From a virus, in the IMG/VR virus record IMGVR_UViG_3300035698_025127, positions 1 to 64,000 of that record: 64,000 nucleotides of DNA; one strand, given 5' to 3'. Position 1 is the stretch's first letter; every line of letters starts with the position of its first letter. Below the pieces are notes generated by a model. That model had not been told where the DNA came from. It ran no database searches and was given only the letters and a program-made list of their open reading frames with translations. This document shows positions 1-8,876 of this stretch, piece by piece. The position numbers were made by a program, and so were the translations under genes.

Positions 1-2
1 AC

Positions 3-749
3 GGCACAAATACTTATGGTGCATTAGGACAGAGTTCTCATTCGGAGGGCGATTTAACAAAGGCCGAAGGTGATAATTCACATGCTGAAGGTGATACGAC
101 TACCGCTACAGGTGACGCTTCACATGCTGAAGGTAATACGACGGACGCACAGGGTAATAATTCACATGCTGAGGGTAGTAATACTATTGCATATACAGAT
201 AATTCACATGCAGAAGGTTATAAGTCAAAAACAAAACATTTTGCTTCACATGCTCAATCTTCTCATGATTTTATCGGACAAGTCGGGAGTGCTCAGTTTG
301 AACGTTTTGTTATTTCTGATGTAATTGAATTAGCCACTCAAAATGTAGCGTATATTGGTATTGACTCTGGCGACACTTTTACTGATAATTCAAGTGCATA
401 CGGTGCATACGTTGCTGATGGTAATAGTTTTTCTATGGATATTGGTGCTGTATATTCTTTCAAAATAAGATGTTTAGCCGTAAATGTAGATAATACGACA
501 GATTTAATTTTACAAAATCATATGTATTCGTCAACTATTCATGGAATTTTGAGACGATTTAATGCGGGATATGTACAGAATTCTGTAGAAACTGAAGATA
601 CAGATGTATTCTCTTCTGGATGTAGCTTTATTTTTGAAATTTATTCTGGCCTGCCATATATTGAATTTACTGGCACATTGGGAGAATCTTATCAGCTTCA
701 ATTTACAGTGGAATTTACAGAAATAGAAACTAAGGTCGCGGTCATATAA
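3..749 (+). CDS. Tail fibre/adhesin-like protein with 14-aa SHAEG (YadA-head/Hep_Hag-like) repeats, 5'-truncated by window edge
   Basis: Frame 3 is open from position 3 into the track ORF 435..749; it translates GQSSHSEGDLTKAEGDNSHAEGDTTTATGDASHAEG...; the stop overlaps the next ATG (TAATG). Confidence 0.75.
   Translation, partial: GTNTYGALGQSSHSEGDLTKAEGDNSHAEGDTTTATGDASHAEGNTTDAQGNNSHAEGSNTIAYTDNSHAEGYKSKTKHFASHAQSSHDFIGQVGSAQFERFVISDVIELATQNVAYIGIDSGDTFTDNSSAYGAYVADGNSFSMDIGAVYSFKIRCLAVNVDNTTDLILQNHMYSSTIHGILRRFNAGYVQNSVETEDTDVFSSGCSFIFEIYSGLPYIEFTGTLGESYQLQFTVEFTEIETKVAVI
36..260 (+). repeat. Six in-frame 42-nt repeats encoding SH(A/S)(E/Q)x
   Basis: TC(A/T)CAT(GC/TC) units at 36, 78, 120, 162, 204, 246. 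Confidence 0.9.
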
Positions 750-2164
750 TGGCTACATTTAACGGAAAACAAATAAGAGATGACGCCGAGATTGCAGTAA
801 AATCAGTAACAGTAAATGAAGATCGTAGTAGTACAACTCCGGGAATTGTTGCCAAACAATCAAACCCCGCAAGCCCCGACATAGAGTTACGATATAATGA
901 AGCTATATCTAAATGGCAATATACTAATGATGGTATAATTTATTCTGATATTGGTGGTAGTGGTGGCGGGGCAATTGCTGATTATGGAGATGAAACTGCC
1001 GATTCCTGTTTGGCTTTTTATAAGTTTGGACTTGATTCTGTACATCCGGGAAAAGAATATGTTTCGGGAACATCATATGAAATAACTGTCCCGTCTGACG
1101 CTAGAATAGTAACGGTTCCGGGTGATTTAACGGGTTTGCAAGATATAAGTGATATTATTGACCTTGGAACAATTGTTCCTGCATGGCAACTCCCCGGAGC
1201 AATGTCTGTTTCTGTGGTCGTATCTTTCCCCAACACTTTTACCACAGATACTAATTGGATTGCTGCGATGGATGATACGACAGGTTATAGTCTATCAGAA
1301 AATGCTCAATGGAAGTTCGGAATTGATAGTAGTTATTATGAAAATAGTACACCATCGGTTGCAATCGCAGATAATACTTCTTATGGGTCTCCGGGGACAC
1401 AATGGCTATATAGGTTGGGCAGCTATTATTTAAAGGCTTGGAAAATTACAAATAATACCGGTTCTGATCATATTTTGGGTAGTATTACTACGGCTCTTCG
1501 ATGTGATTTTACTAACACCTTGGATTTGGGGTTTTATATTGCGCCAGATTCCGGTGGATTGCCAGATTGGGGTAATCGTGTAAGTTATCCTGTAAAAACA
1601 TATTCTGGAATCGGCGATATTGACATTACCTGGGATAGTTTAAATTATATGTTGCCAGACACAGAATCGCATTGGATATTATATGAAGGAATTAGTGGAA
1701 CGGTTGGGATAGATAAAGTTGTAACAGTTAGGGAGGTTTTGTCTCCAAACGCTGGCCTTTTAACAAATATAACAACTACTAGAAGTAGTAGTGTTGATGG
1801 CGGAACGACTTGGGGTGCACCAGCCGATACGGATAGTTTTTCGCACGGTATATTATCAACAGTGGCAGGAATAACGCTAGATTTTTCGCCAGTACCGCAA
1901 CAATTTGTGTGTTATGGAAAGCCTGTTCATTTGTTATTTACAAGAAATGCCTCTATGGAAACAAAAATATATATGAATGGTGTGTTGATAGGCACGACAA
2001 CTACTGACTCTCCGCCAACCGGTGGTTCTAACACTACTTTGAAAATATATGCAAAAAATAAAATAATAACTTCTTTGGGGATTTATCCAACAGAACTAAG
2101 TGATGTGGTTGCAAGACGACAGTTTGTTGAAACTGTTGGGCCATTATATAGTGTAGCCTCGTAA
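749..2164 (+). CDS. Virion/tail protein with LamG (concanavalin-like) domain interrupted by an insert
   Basis: LAFYKF near N-terminus, C-terminal KPVHLLFTRN...KIYMNGVLIG...LGIYPTELS typical of LamG; 471 aa. Confidence 0.55.
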   Translation: MATFNGKQIRDDAEIAVKSVTVNEDRSSTTPGIVAKQSNPASPDIELRYNEAISKWQYTNDGIIYSDIGGSGGGAIADYGDETADSCLAFYKFGLDSVHPGKEYVSGTSYEITVPSDARIVTVPGDLTGLQDISDIIDLGTIVPAWQLPGAMSVSVVVSFPNTFTTDTNWIAAMDDTTGYSLSENAQWKFGIDSSYYENSTPSVAIADNTSYGSPGTQWLYRLGSYYLKAWKITNNTGSDHILGSITTALRCDFTNTLDLGFYIAPDSGGLPDWGNRVSYPVKTYSGIGDIDITWDSLNYMLPDTESHWILYEGISGTVGIDKVVTVREVLSPNAGLLTNITTTRSSSVDGGTTWGAPADTDSFSHGILSTVAGITLDFSPVPQQFVCYGKPVHLLFTRNASMETKIYMNGVLIGTTTTDSPPTGGSNTTLKIYAKNKIITSLGIYPTELSDVVARRQFVETVGPLYSVAS

Positions 2165-2179
2165 AAGGGAAAAAATATT

Positions 2180-2413
2180 ATGTTAGAAAATTATGAAAAT
2201 CTAAATAAAGCTGAATTTGATTTTTTTATGATGCTTTTACAAAAAAAAGCAGAAATGGAAGCGCAATATAATGAATTGAATAATCAAATTAATTCTTATA
2301 TTGTTGATTCTATTGAAAGTAAAGGTGGGGAAACTATAATAGGCGATACATATGAAATTGATATTGCAAATAAAAAAATTGTTTGTCTTAGTAAAAAAGA
2401 ACTGAAAAGATAA
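2180..2413 (+). CDS. Hypothetical protein (short coiled coil)
   Basis: 77-aa ORF, AAGGG RBS-like site, TAATG coupling to next gene. Confidence 0.6.
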   Translation: MLENYENLNKAEFDFFMMLLQKKAEMEAQYNELNNQINSYIVDSIESKGGETIIGDTYEIDIANKKIVCLSKKELKR

Positions 2414-2679
2414 TGACTGTTGTAGCAGATTTAACCGATTTATTTACGCCTATTGATTCAGGTGTAAAGTGGCTTGAAGTTATTGGTTCAATTAACGGAT
2501 CAAACAAGATTTTTGCTGCATTGGAGGATATTGGTGACGATTACAAAGATTTTGTCGTTTCCCATAATGGACAAATTCTTAATTATGACGCGGACTATGT
2601 TTTTTCGGCGCCACGCACAGTAACTTTTATAATAGCACCATTATCTGGCGATTATATCAAAATAATTCGATTAGCATAA
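2413..2679 (+). CDS. Small virion beta-domain protein
   Basis: GSINGSNKIF..VSHNGQIL..DYVF..VTFIIAPLSGD pattern common in tail/baseplate repeat modules. Confidence 0.55.
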   Translation: MTVVADLTDLFTPIDSGVKWLEVIGSINGSNKIFAALEDIGDDYKDFVVSHNGQILNYDADYVFSAPRTVTFIIAPLSGDYIKIIRLA

Positions 2680-2692
2680 TAATTATTTGAAT

Positions 2693-2701
2693 CGAATATA
2701 T
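2693..2701 (+). promoter_or_regulatory. Candidate late-promoter motif CGAATATAT
   Basis: Intergenic copy of CGAA(G/T)ATA(A/T), upstream of GAGG RBS. Confidence 0.45.
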
Positions 2702-2718
2702 ATATAGAGGAAAATTTA

Positions 2719-3834
2719 ATGAATTATGTAACAGTAAACGAAGATTTTAAACGTACCGCACCGTTTTTGTTTAATAATAGTACGAATAGTGATATTCAAA
2801 CGGTAACATGTTCTTCAATTAATGTTGAAGGCTATTTCGAGGAATTTGATGTAAAAATTCCGCTTTTGCCCGAATCTCCACTACCTTTTGACGTTATTAC
2901 TCATATTAATGTGATTCCCACATTCCCGGAATTTACAGAAAGCGAAGTCATTACTGGTGATTCGACAAATAACAAAGACATTAAATTGCTTACAATGTCT
3001 CAAATGCCAGTACCGGGTTTTGTACGCGGAGAAGTTATTACTGCTGTAGGCGGAGCAACTGCTATTATTGGTAGAAGATATGTTACAACAGATACTTATT
3101 TAGTATATGATGTTGATGAATCTGGTGGTGCTTGGGGTGGAAATGTTACTGGCGGTTCTGGTGGTGGCGCCACAACACCGGGCACTGTAAGTGCAAATAC
3201 GGCATTTAAGGCCTACTATGATAGTTCGATTAAACATGGTAGGAATGTTTCAAGGGTAAGAAACATAGGCGCTGTTTATTCTGACGACGTTTTATTGCGT
3301 GGTTGTAATATGTTACCTCCACCTGGTTCTACTATTGGTGGTTCGACGTCTGGCGAAACGGCAGTAATAAATTCTATTACTCCGCCAGGCATTGTAGCAA
3401 GTCTTAGAGAAGCTAAATTGCATAGTTCTACATTAGTTGCTGATAATCTGGGCATTATGTTGAGGTCTGCACTTATGTACGGCGATGCTTGTGATTTGCT
3501 TAATCCGATAGCAGTAGATGGCATTGAAGCGAGAATGAGACGTCAGGAAATGATTTTTATTGATGACCATCCGCACCATACCAATGAAAGTCTTGATTGC
3601 GCATTTGATTTTGGAAATTCTCAGGTTAGTGGAAAATGGTCAACTTCTACAAGTTCAGTGAGAGCTTCTTCTGAAAGTCCAATTAGTGGTGAGCCATTTG
3701 CTGACGCACTTATTTTTAGATTATATGTTAGTGGTAATATTCCGGCTGAAGAGCTTACCGACAATATAGTATTTCGTAGGATAGTATATAATGAGGGTTG
3801 GAGATATCTCCAGCATAAAGGAGTTAAAATCTAA
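2719..3834 (+). CDS. Putative virion structural protein
   Basis: 371 aa; FVRGEVIT..GGATA and GSTIGGSTSGETAV modules typical of T4-like structural proteins; GAGG RBS. Confidence 0.55.
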   Translation: MNYVTVNEDFKRTAPFLFNNSTNSDIQTVTCSSINVEGYFEEFDVKIPLLPESPLPFDVITHINVIPTFPEFTESEVITGDSTNNKDIKLLTMSQMPVPGFVRGEVITAVGGATAIIGRRYVTTDTYLVYDVDESGGAWGGNVTGGSGGGATTPGTVSANTAFKAYYDSSIKHGRNVSRVRNIGAVYSDDVLLRGCNMLPPPGSTIGGSTSGETAVINSITPPGIVASLREAKLHSSTLVADNLGIMLRSALMYGDACDLLNPIAVDGIEARMRRQEMIFIDDHPHHTNESLDCAFDFGNSQVSGKWSTSTSSVRASSESPISGEPFADALIFRLYVSGNIPAEELTDNIVFRRIVYNEGWRYLQHKGVKI

Positions 3835-4175
3835 TGGCTATTGGAAGAGGTCCGGTATTTGATGCGGAAGCGGGTAATGTTTGGTCTGATGTAGTTGATA
3901 TTAGTGGCAGTACGGCAGTTTATCTGTATTATCATATAAGTGCGGCAGCTACTATTAATATTAAAAGTGCTTTACTAAATAATCAGGGTGTTGTAGATGT
4001 CCCAACAAATTTAGTTTATAATCCGGCAACGCATGTTGGCGCAATGGATATGACTTCATTCGCAACGGCGGGTTATCAAACGGAAGTTCTACTTACCAAC
4101 CACGCCATGGATAATATTGTGTTCGAGGTTTCCGGTAATACCGGAACCGTAACGCTTTATTATATAGCAACATAG
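3834..4175 (+). CDS. Hypothetical beta-rich virion protein
   Basis: 113-aa ORF, AAGGAG RBS, TAATG coupling. Confidence 0.6.
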   Translation: MAIGRGPVFDAEAGNVWSDVVDISGSTAVYLYYHISAAATINIKSALLNNQGVVDVPTNLVYNPATHVGAMDMTSFATAGYQTEVLLTNHAMDNIVFEVSGNTGTVTLYYIAT

Positions 4176-4185
4176 AGGTTATATT

Positions 4186-6450
4186 ATGGGTACAAAATAT
4201 TGGAAAAATGGACCATGGCCTTATTTAAGTGATGCCGCTGGCGGGCATGTTTACGATGGCATTTATGTTGCTGCTGATTCCGGAAACGATGCAAATTCTG
4301 GAACGAACCAGGAACCTGTAAAAACGCTGCAAGCCGCATGGGATTTGTCTTCTGATAACGACATTATCGTTTTATCGGAAGCTGGTTCATATGGTGGATT
4401 GGCTGTTACGGCTGTAAATAAAAAGCTAAATATCAAGATTGTTGATTCGACTAGCACAAAAACTTCCAAAATAACTAATACAATTGATATTGATGATGGT
4501 GTTTATGGTGTTGGGGATCAATTTATTTCTCTATTCGGGGTTGAATTTTTATTAGATATTGCCGATTCCGAACTTTTTGATTTTGGGAACAATGATGTTT
4601 TGGTAGATTTGTATGATACTAGAATATCTGCCTATTTAGGCACACAATCACTTATTAGTGCTGGAACTGTAAGGCTATACCTTGAAAAAGGTTTTATCGT
4701 GGTTAAACAGTGGGGTGCCGGAACTGTATCAAACTTGATTGGCTATGATGGTTCGATTGTCAGTGACAATGGCGTTACGTGTAGCTTTGCCGTATTTACC
4801 GATTTTAACATTGAGACAAGTTTGGCAGTATCTGCGGCTTCATTGACAAGTGCAGGTGTGACATATCTTGCGCGTTCAAAAGTATTTGCGACTGGTTATG
4901 TACCGGGCGCAATTGTAACTACAGGATTATTTTCTTCTACTGAGTCTATATGGAATACACAATATTCTACTTATGGTTCGTTGGAATTATTTGGTATTCA
5001 TGATTTTTCTGACAATGCTGCTGATATTCGGGCAAATTTAACCACTGAACCGGGCGCGCTAGGTGCTACAGCAATGGACTCTTCTGGGATGTTGGTACAC
5101 GACGGATCTATATGGCGACCTTTTGATATATCTATTGCGAATGTTGCTCTTGACCCTACAGGTATTATTGACCGGACTACGTCCGAAATAATTTTTACGG
5201 ATGGCGGAACTGGCTCAATAACTATCCAGCCTTTAGCTCCAGCAACAGAATTTGACGTTTATATTAATGGCGTAACTCATACTTATAACTCTGCTCAAAC
5301 AACGGTTTTGGATGGAGCAGAAGGTATTCATTGGGCATATTTTGACGATACCGGAACTCTGCAGTCTGTGGCAAGTGCAGAGCCTGATTTTTCAAACGCG
5401 TTGGTGGCCACAAGCCACTGGGACGCAACGTCTAGTGTTTTTACAAAACGTGCCGATGAACGCCATGGGATCATGCAATGGATTACACATAAATATTTGC
5501 ACGAAGTAATAGGGACTAAGGTTTCCGGATTTACTCTAAGTAGGCTAGCTACGGGCACAGGTGCTGCGGACAACGATGCCAAGATCCTTTTGGGGAATGG
5601 TGTTATTGCTGATGAAGATTTAGTGTATAATATTACCGATGGTTTTCCGCAGGATTTAAGTCCAATTGCACAGATTCCGATAATTTATCGAGACGGAGCT
5701 ACTGGGGTATATCGCAAACTCGCTGCAGACGATTACCCACTAATAACTGCTAGTAAGGCTGGGTCTGGCGCCAGAGCCCACTACAACGAGTTTACCGGCG
5801 GAGTTTGGACATTCTCAGAGGTTCAGGACAACCGATATATGTGTATGTTCTTGATTGGGGATAACGATTTGTCAGAACCTATTTATGCTATCCCCTCCCA
5901 AACAGATGGTCGATTAGATGACATGCAGGAACTTTTGTTCTCTGACTTAAATCTCCCGACAAATATTTTGCCGGAACGAGTATTGATGTATAAGCTGATA
6001 ATTCGAACTCGGAATTCTTATGGCAACACTCCCAAGGCATACATTGCAGGGGTGACGGACTATAGGAAGTCCGGAATAACGAATGCCACGGCTATTACTG
6101 CGACTGATCATAACACCCTAAATAACAGGGATGTCTTGGGGTCACACCCTTCGCGGGCGGTTGCGAATTCTTATGTAACTGTGTCGGACACCGACCACGT
6201 GGTTGCCTCAGATGAAAACGGTATTGTATACGATACTTTAACAGCAGCCCGGGCGATTGCATTGCCGGATGCTGCTGCTTTTCCGGGTAGACGGATTATG
6301 GTCAAAGATTTATCTGGTAATTCGGGCACACATAATTTAACTGTGACGCCTTCAATTGGAACTATAGATGGTTCTGCGACTTTTGTTATTAGTACAGGAT
6401 TGGCTAGTTTTCACTTTGTTTCTTATAATGATAATTGGATTGTGGAGTAA
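4186..6450 (+). CDS. Tail fibre/spike protein with beta-helix-like N-region
   Basis: IYVAADSGNDANSGTNQEPVKTLQAA (DUF1565/pectin-lyase-like start); C-terminal IALPDAAAFPGRRIMVKD...TIDG..NWIVE fibre domain. Confidence 0.65.
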   Translation: MGTKYWKNGPWPYLSDAAGGHVYDGIYVAADSGNDANSGTNQEPVKTLQAAWDLSSDNDIIVLSEAGSYGGLAVTAVNKKLNIKIVDSTSTKTSKITNTIDIDDGVYGVGDQFISLFGVEFLLDIADSELFDFGNNDVLVDLYDTRISAYLGTQSLISAGTVRLYLEKGFIVVKQWGAGTVSNLIGYDGSIVSDNGVTCSFAVFTDFNIETSLAVSAASLTSAGVTYLARSKVFATGYVPGAIVTTGLFSSTESIWNTQYSTYGSLELFGIHDFSDNAADIRANLTTEPGALGATAMDSSGMLVHDGSIWRPFDISIANVALDPTGIIDRTTSEIIFTDGGTGSITIQPLAPATEFDVYINGVTHTYNSAQTTVLDGAEGIHWAYFDDTGTLQSVASAEPDFSNALVATSHWDATSSVFTKRADERHGIMQWITHKYLHEVIGTKVSGFTLSRLATGTGAADNDAKILLGNGVIADEDLVYNITDGFPQDLSPIAQIPIIYRDGATGVYRKLAADDYPLITASKAGSGARAHYNEFTGGVWTFSEVQDNRYMCMFLIGDNDLSEPIYAIPSQTDGRLDDMQELLFSDLNLPTNILPERVLMYKLIIRTRNSYGNTPKAYIAGVTDYRKSGITNATAITATDHNTLNNRDVLGSHPSRAVANSYVTVSDTDHVVASDENGIVYDTLTAARAIALPDAAAFPGRRIMVKDLSGNSGTHNLTVTPSIGTIDGSATFVISTGLASFHFVSYNDNWIVE

Positions 6451-6453
6451 AAT

Positions 6454-7401
6454 ATGGCTTATATACCATCAGGTGCCGCAAGTTCCCCCTATGGAATTGT
6501 TAATACGTTCGATAATGATGTTGATCATACAGTGTTTTTGATTGATGCTACTGCGACTAACCCGTATATAGATCAATCAAACACCAGCGCTGGTGTAATT
6601 ACACCGCCTTCAGATAATATCTTATTGCCAGTCAATGGAAGTTACTTGAAAGTATATACTACTGTTCCAAGTAATCCTACGTATACGTGTGGAGGGACAT
6701 CTTCAGTTCCTGTGCCGACTACATTAACTTCAGGGGTTTCTGCCACCGACACTACAATGGTTGTGGCCACAGCTACAAATTTCGCTATCAGCAAACGATT
6801 GGTGATTGCGCCAGATACAGCAAATCAGGAATATGTAACCATTTCGAATGTTGTTGGAACAACAATAACTATTGAAAGTCCGGGGTTTGTGAACCCTCAT
6901 TTAAGTGGGGTTGTAGTGCAAAGTCCCTTGAGATTGCAAAGTAGTTTGACCGGCGAAGCAATCATTATAGCCCATAGTCAAAACCCCAAGATAGCTATTG
7001 GGTTTTCGGGCTATCCGTCTTCTGGGCAAAATCACAATCATCAATGGCAATTTACCATAAATCCAACTAGTTCCCAATATTTTGGAATGTATTGGGAAAA
7101 CGGGTCTGCCGTACAAATTCTGGCTTTCCCGACAAAAAATCATAGATTTAGGGTTCCGGTAGGCCAACCGATACATCTTGCATGGGTTCGCAACGACCTT
7201 GGAACTACCAGTACCGTTACAACTTATCTAAATGGTGCATTGATTGGTGTTAGTGCTGCGGTAAACAATCCAGACGGCGGCGATGATGCAATGCAGGTAT
7301 ATTTTGGGGTTGTCGAAGGTTCGTTGGTTTCTGCTAGAGTAAGTGATTACGCCATGGATGCAGCGCAAGTTGCTGCGTCTTATAGTGCGCTTGTGGCATA
7401 A
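6454..7401 (+). CDS. LamG-like virion protein, paralogue of 749..2164
   Basis: GQPIHLAWVRN..TTYLNGALIG..PDGG aligns with GKPVHLLFTRN..KIYMNGVLIG..PTGG. Confidence 0.55.
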   Translation: MAYIPSGAASSPYGIVNTFDNDVDHTVFLIDATATNPYIDQSNTSAGVITPPSDNILLPVNGSYLKVYTTVPSNPTYTCGGTSSVPVPTTLTSGVSATDTTMVVATATNFAISKRLVIAPDTANQEYVTISNVVGTTITIESPGFVNPHLSGVVVQSPLRLQSSLTGEAIIIAHSQNPKIAIGFSGYPSSGQNHNHQWQFTINPTSSQYFGMYWENGSAVQILAFPTKNHRFRVPVGQPIHLAWVRNDLGTTSTVTTYLNGALIGVSAAVNNPDGGDDAMQVYFGVVEGSLVSARVSDYAMDAAQVAASYSALVA

Positions 7402-7412
7402 GGATTTTATTT

Positions 7413-7868
7413 ATGATTGACATTCAAAAAACTTATCAACGATGGGGCAAGTCATATAGATTACGTTTTATGCCATATAATAGTGGTGTATTTGTTTCTG
7501 GATATGAGGTGTATGCGTACATTATGCGCGTAAGTGATGGTGCATTTTTTGATTTTTATAGTTACGATGCCAATCCGAATAACGATGTTTGGCTTACAAC
7601 CGGTTCTTTTCCGGGAGATTTAACGCATTTAAGAAAGTTATTACCGGAATTCAAAATTGGCACAATACCGTTTTATTACGGAATTGAATGGAATTTTCCC
7701 AATAATGTTGAAAAAGACGATACAGAAACGTATCAAGTATTCTACTATAATCCTACAAGTAAGGTTATTAGTACAGAAGAAGTAGTTTATATACCTAAAA
7801 CAATGAGTTTTAACGTTTATGAAGCGCAACCGGCTGTGTCAGGCGACATAGTTTCGGTATGCGGATAA
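7413..7868 (+). CDS. Hypothetical virion protein
   Basis: 151-aa ORF with AAGGA RBS in structural cluster. Confidence 0.6.
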   Translation: MIDIQKTYQRWGKSYRLRFMPYNSGVFVSGYEVYAYIMRVSDGAFFDFYSYDANPNNDVWLTTGSFPGDLTHLRKLLPEFKIGTIPFYYGIEWNFPNNVEKDDTETYQVFYYNPTSKVISTEEVVYIPKTMSFNVYEAQPAVSGDIVSVCG

Positions 7869-7884
7869 GAATTTTTATTACAAC

Positions 7885-7893
7885 CGAAGATAA
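7885..7893 (+). promoter_or_regulatory. Candidate late-promoter motif CGAAGATAA
   Basis: Intergenic copy of recurrent motif. Confidence 0.5.
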
Positions 7894-7986
7894 TTATATA
7901 GAAGAAGTTATTTTACTATAAACGATATAGTAGAATTTTAAGGCAGAAAAACAATTAACTAGTTAAGAGAAAGTAAGAGAATTATT

Positions 7987-8760
7987 ATGCCGGGACCTTG
8001 GACTAATACAAGAAAAAATAGCGTATCGGGAAAATGGGAATATTCAGAAGATAGCGGTGCCACGTGGTTGGAATTTGGTAGTACAGCAGATATTTCTGTA
8101 GTTAGTGGGGGTCTTTCAACACTTGACGGAACAGTAACAACCAATGCAGCCGCATCATTAGATATTGGTGGATATTCCTATGTAAATTTGGAGATGCCAA
8201 CACAACCTACCGCTGCCGATACTATCACCATCGGTGCTACCGATGTATATGAATTGGATGGAGGCGGGGTAAATATTAATGTTGCTCTAGGAATTGACGT
8301 TGCTGCTACTAGAGCCGCATTGGTAGTGGCCATTAACACCTTGGGTACAGAAAACGTACTTGCTGGTTCTCCGGGTGGAAGTGTAATATATCTTCGAGCT
8401 GCTGATGCCCCCGGTGGAACTCCAGTAGTCGGTGTTGGTCCAAGTTTGGCAGTTTCGGTAAGTATGGCTGCCGGTGGCAATGTGTTGCGTCAGACAAATT
8501 TTAATGAGTCTGGTCGCGCACCGTCAAAGCACTTTAAGACAAGTATTGTGTGTACCGCGGAAAACGTAGCCGGAAGTTTTGTAATTGGAACGCCAGAAGC
8601 TGTTACAAGTGTTACCTGGTCAGCATATACTGCTACAGGCGAACTTATTGAGGCTACTACCGGAACTGTAATTGCAAGCGCCGGAAATATTGTTTGTAAT
8701 TTTAGTACAGGTGGTTCGCCATTAATAGCAACCAATGTGGTTAAAATTTTTGCTTGGTAA
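7987..8760 (+). CDS. Putative virion decoration protein
   Basis: 257 aa, Gly/Thr/Ala-rich, one ATRAALVVAIN ('IN-motif') module; followed by strong terminator. Confidence 0.6.
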   Translation: MPGPWTNTRKNSVSGKWEYSEDSGATWLEFGSTADISVVSGGLSTLDGTVTTNAAASLDIGGYSYVNLEMPTQPTAADTITIGATDVYELDGGGVNINVALGIDVAATRAALVVAINTLGTENVLAGSPGGSVIYLRAADAPGGTPVVGVGPSLAVSVSMAAGGNVLRQTNFNESGRAPSKHFKTSIVCTAENVAGSFVIGTPEAVTSVTWSAYTATGELIEATTGTVIASAGNIVCNFSTGGSPLIATNVVKIFAW

Positions 8761-8785
8761 TAACAATATAATTTGAAATTATTAT

Positions 8786-8823
8786 GGACTAGCTCTGGGA
8801 ATTATTCCGGGGTTAGTTTTTTT
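8786..8823 (+). terminator. Intrinsic terminator
   Basis: GACTAGCTCTGG...CCGGGGTTAGTT stem (several G-U pairs) followed by T-run. Confidence 0.75.
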
Positions 8824-8827
8824 GTAT

Positions 8828-8836
8828 CGAATATAA
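8828..8836 (+). promoter_or_regulatory. Candidate late-promoter motif CGAATATAA
   Basis: Directly after terminator, before 2357-aa gene. Confidence 0.5.
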
Positions 8837-8876
8837 AGTAAAGTGCGATTATATTTTTTTATTAAGGCAAGGTAAT

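Noticed and set aside
36-260. Regular 42-nt repeat with conserved core and variable spacers, superficially CRISPR-like
   Set aside because: In-frame coding repeat (SHAEG) with synonymous variation; core too short, no cas genes
70-324. Track ORF MIIHMLKVI...
   Set aside because: Off-frame shadow of the SHAEG repeat gene
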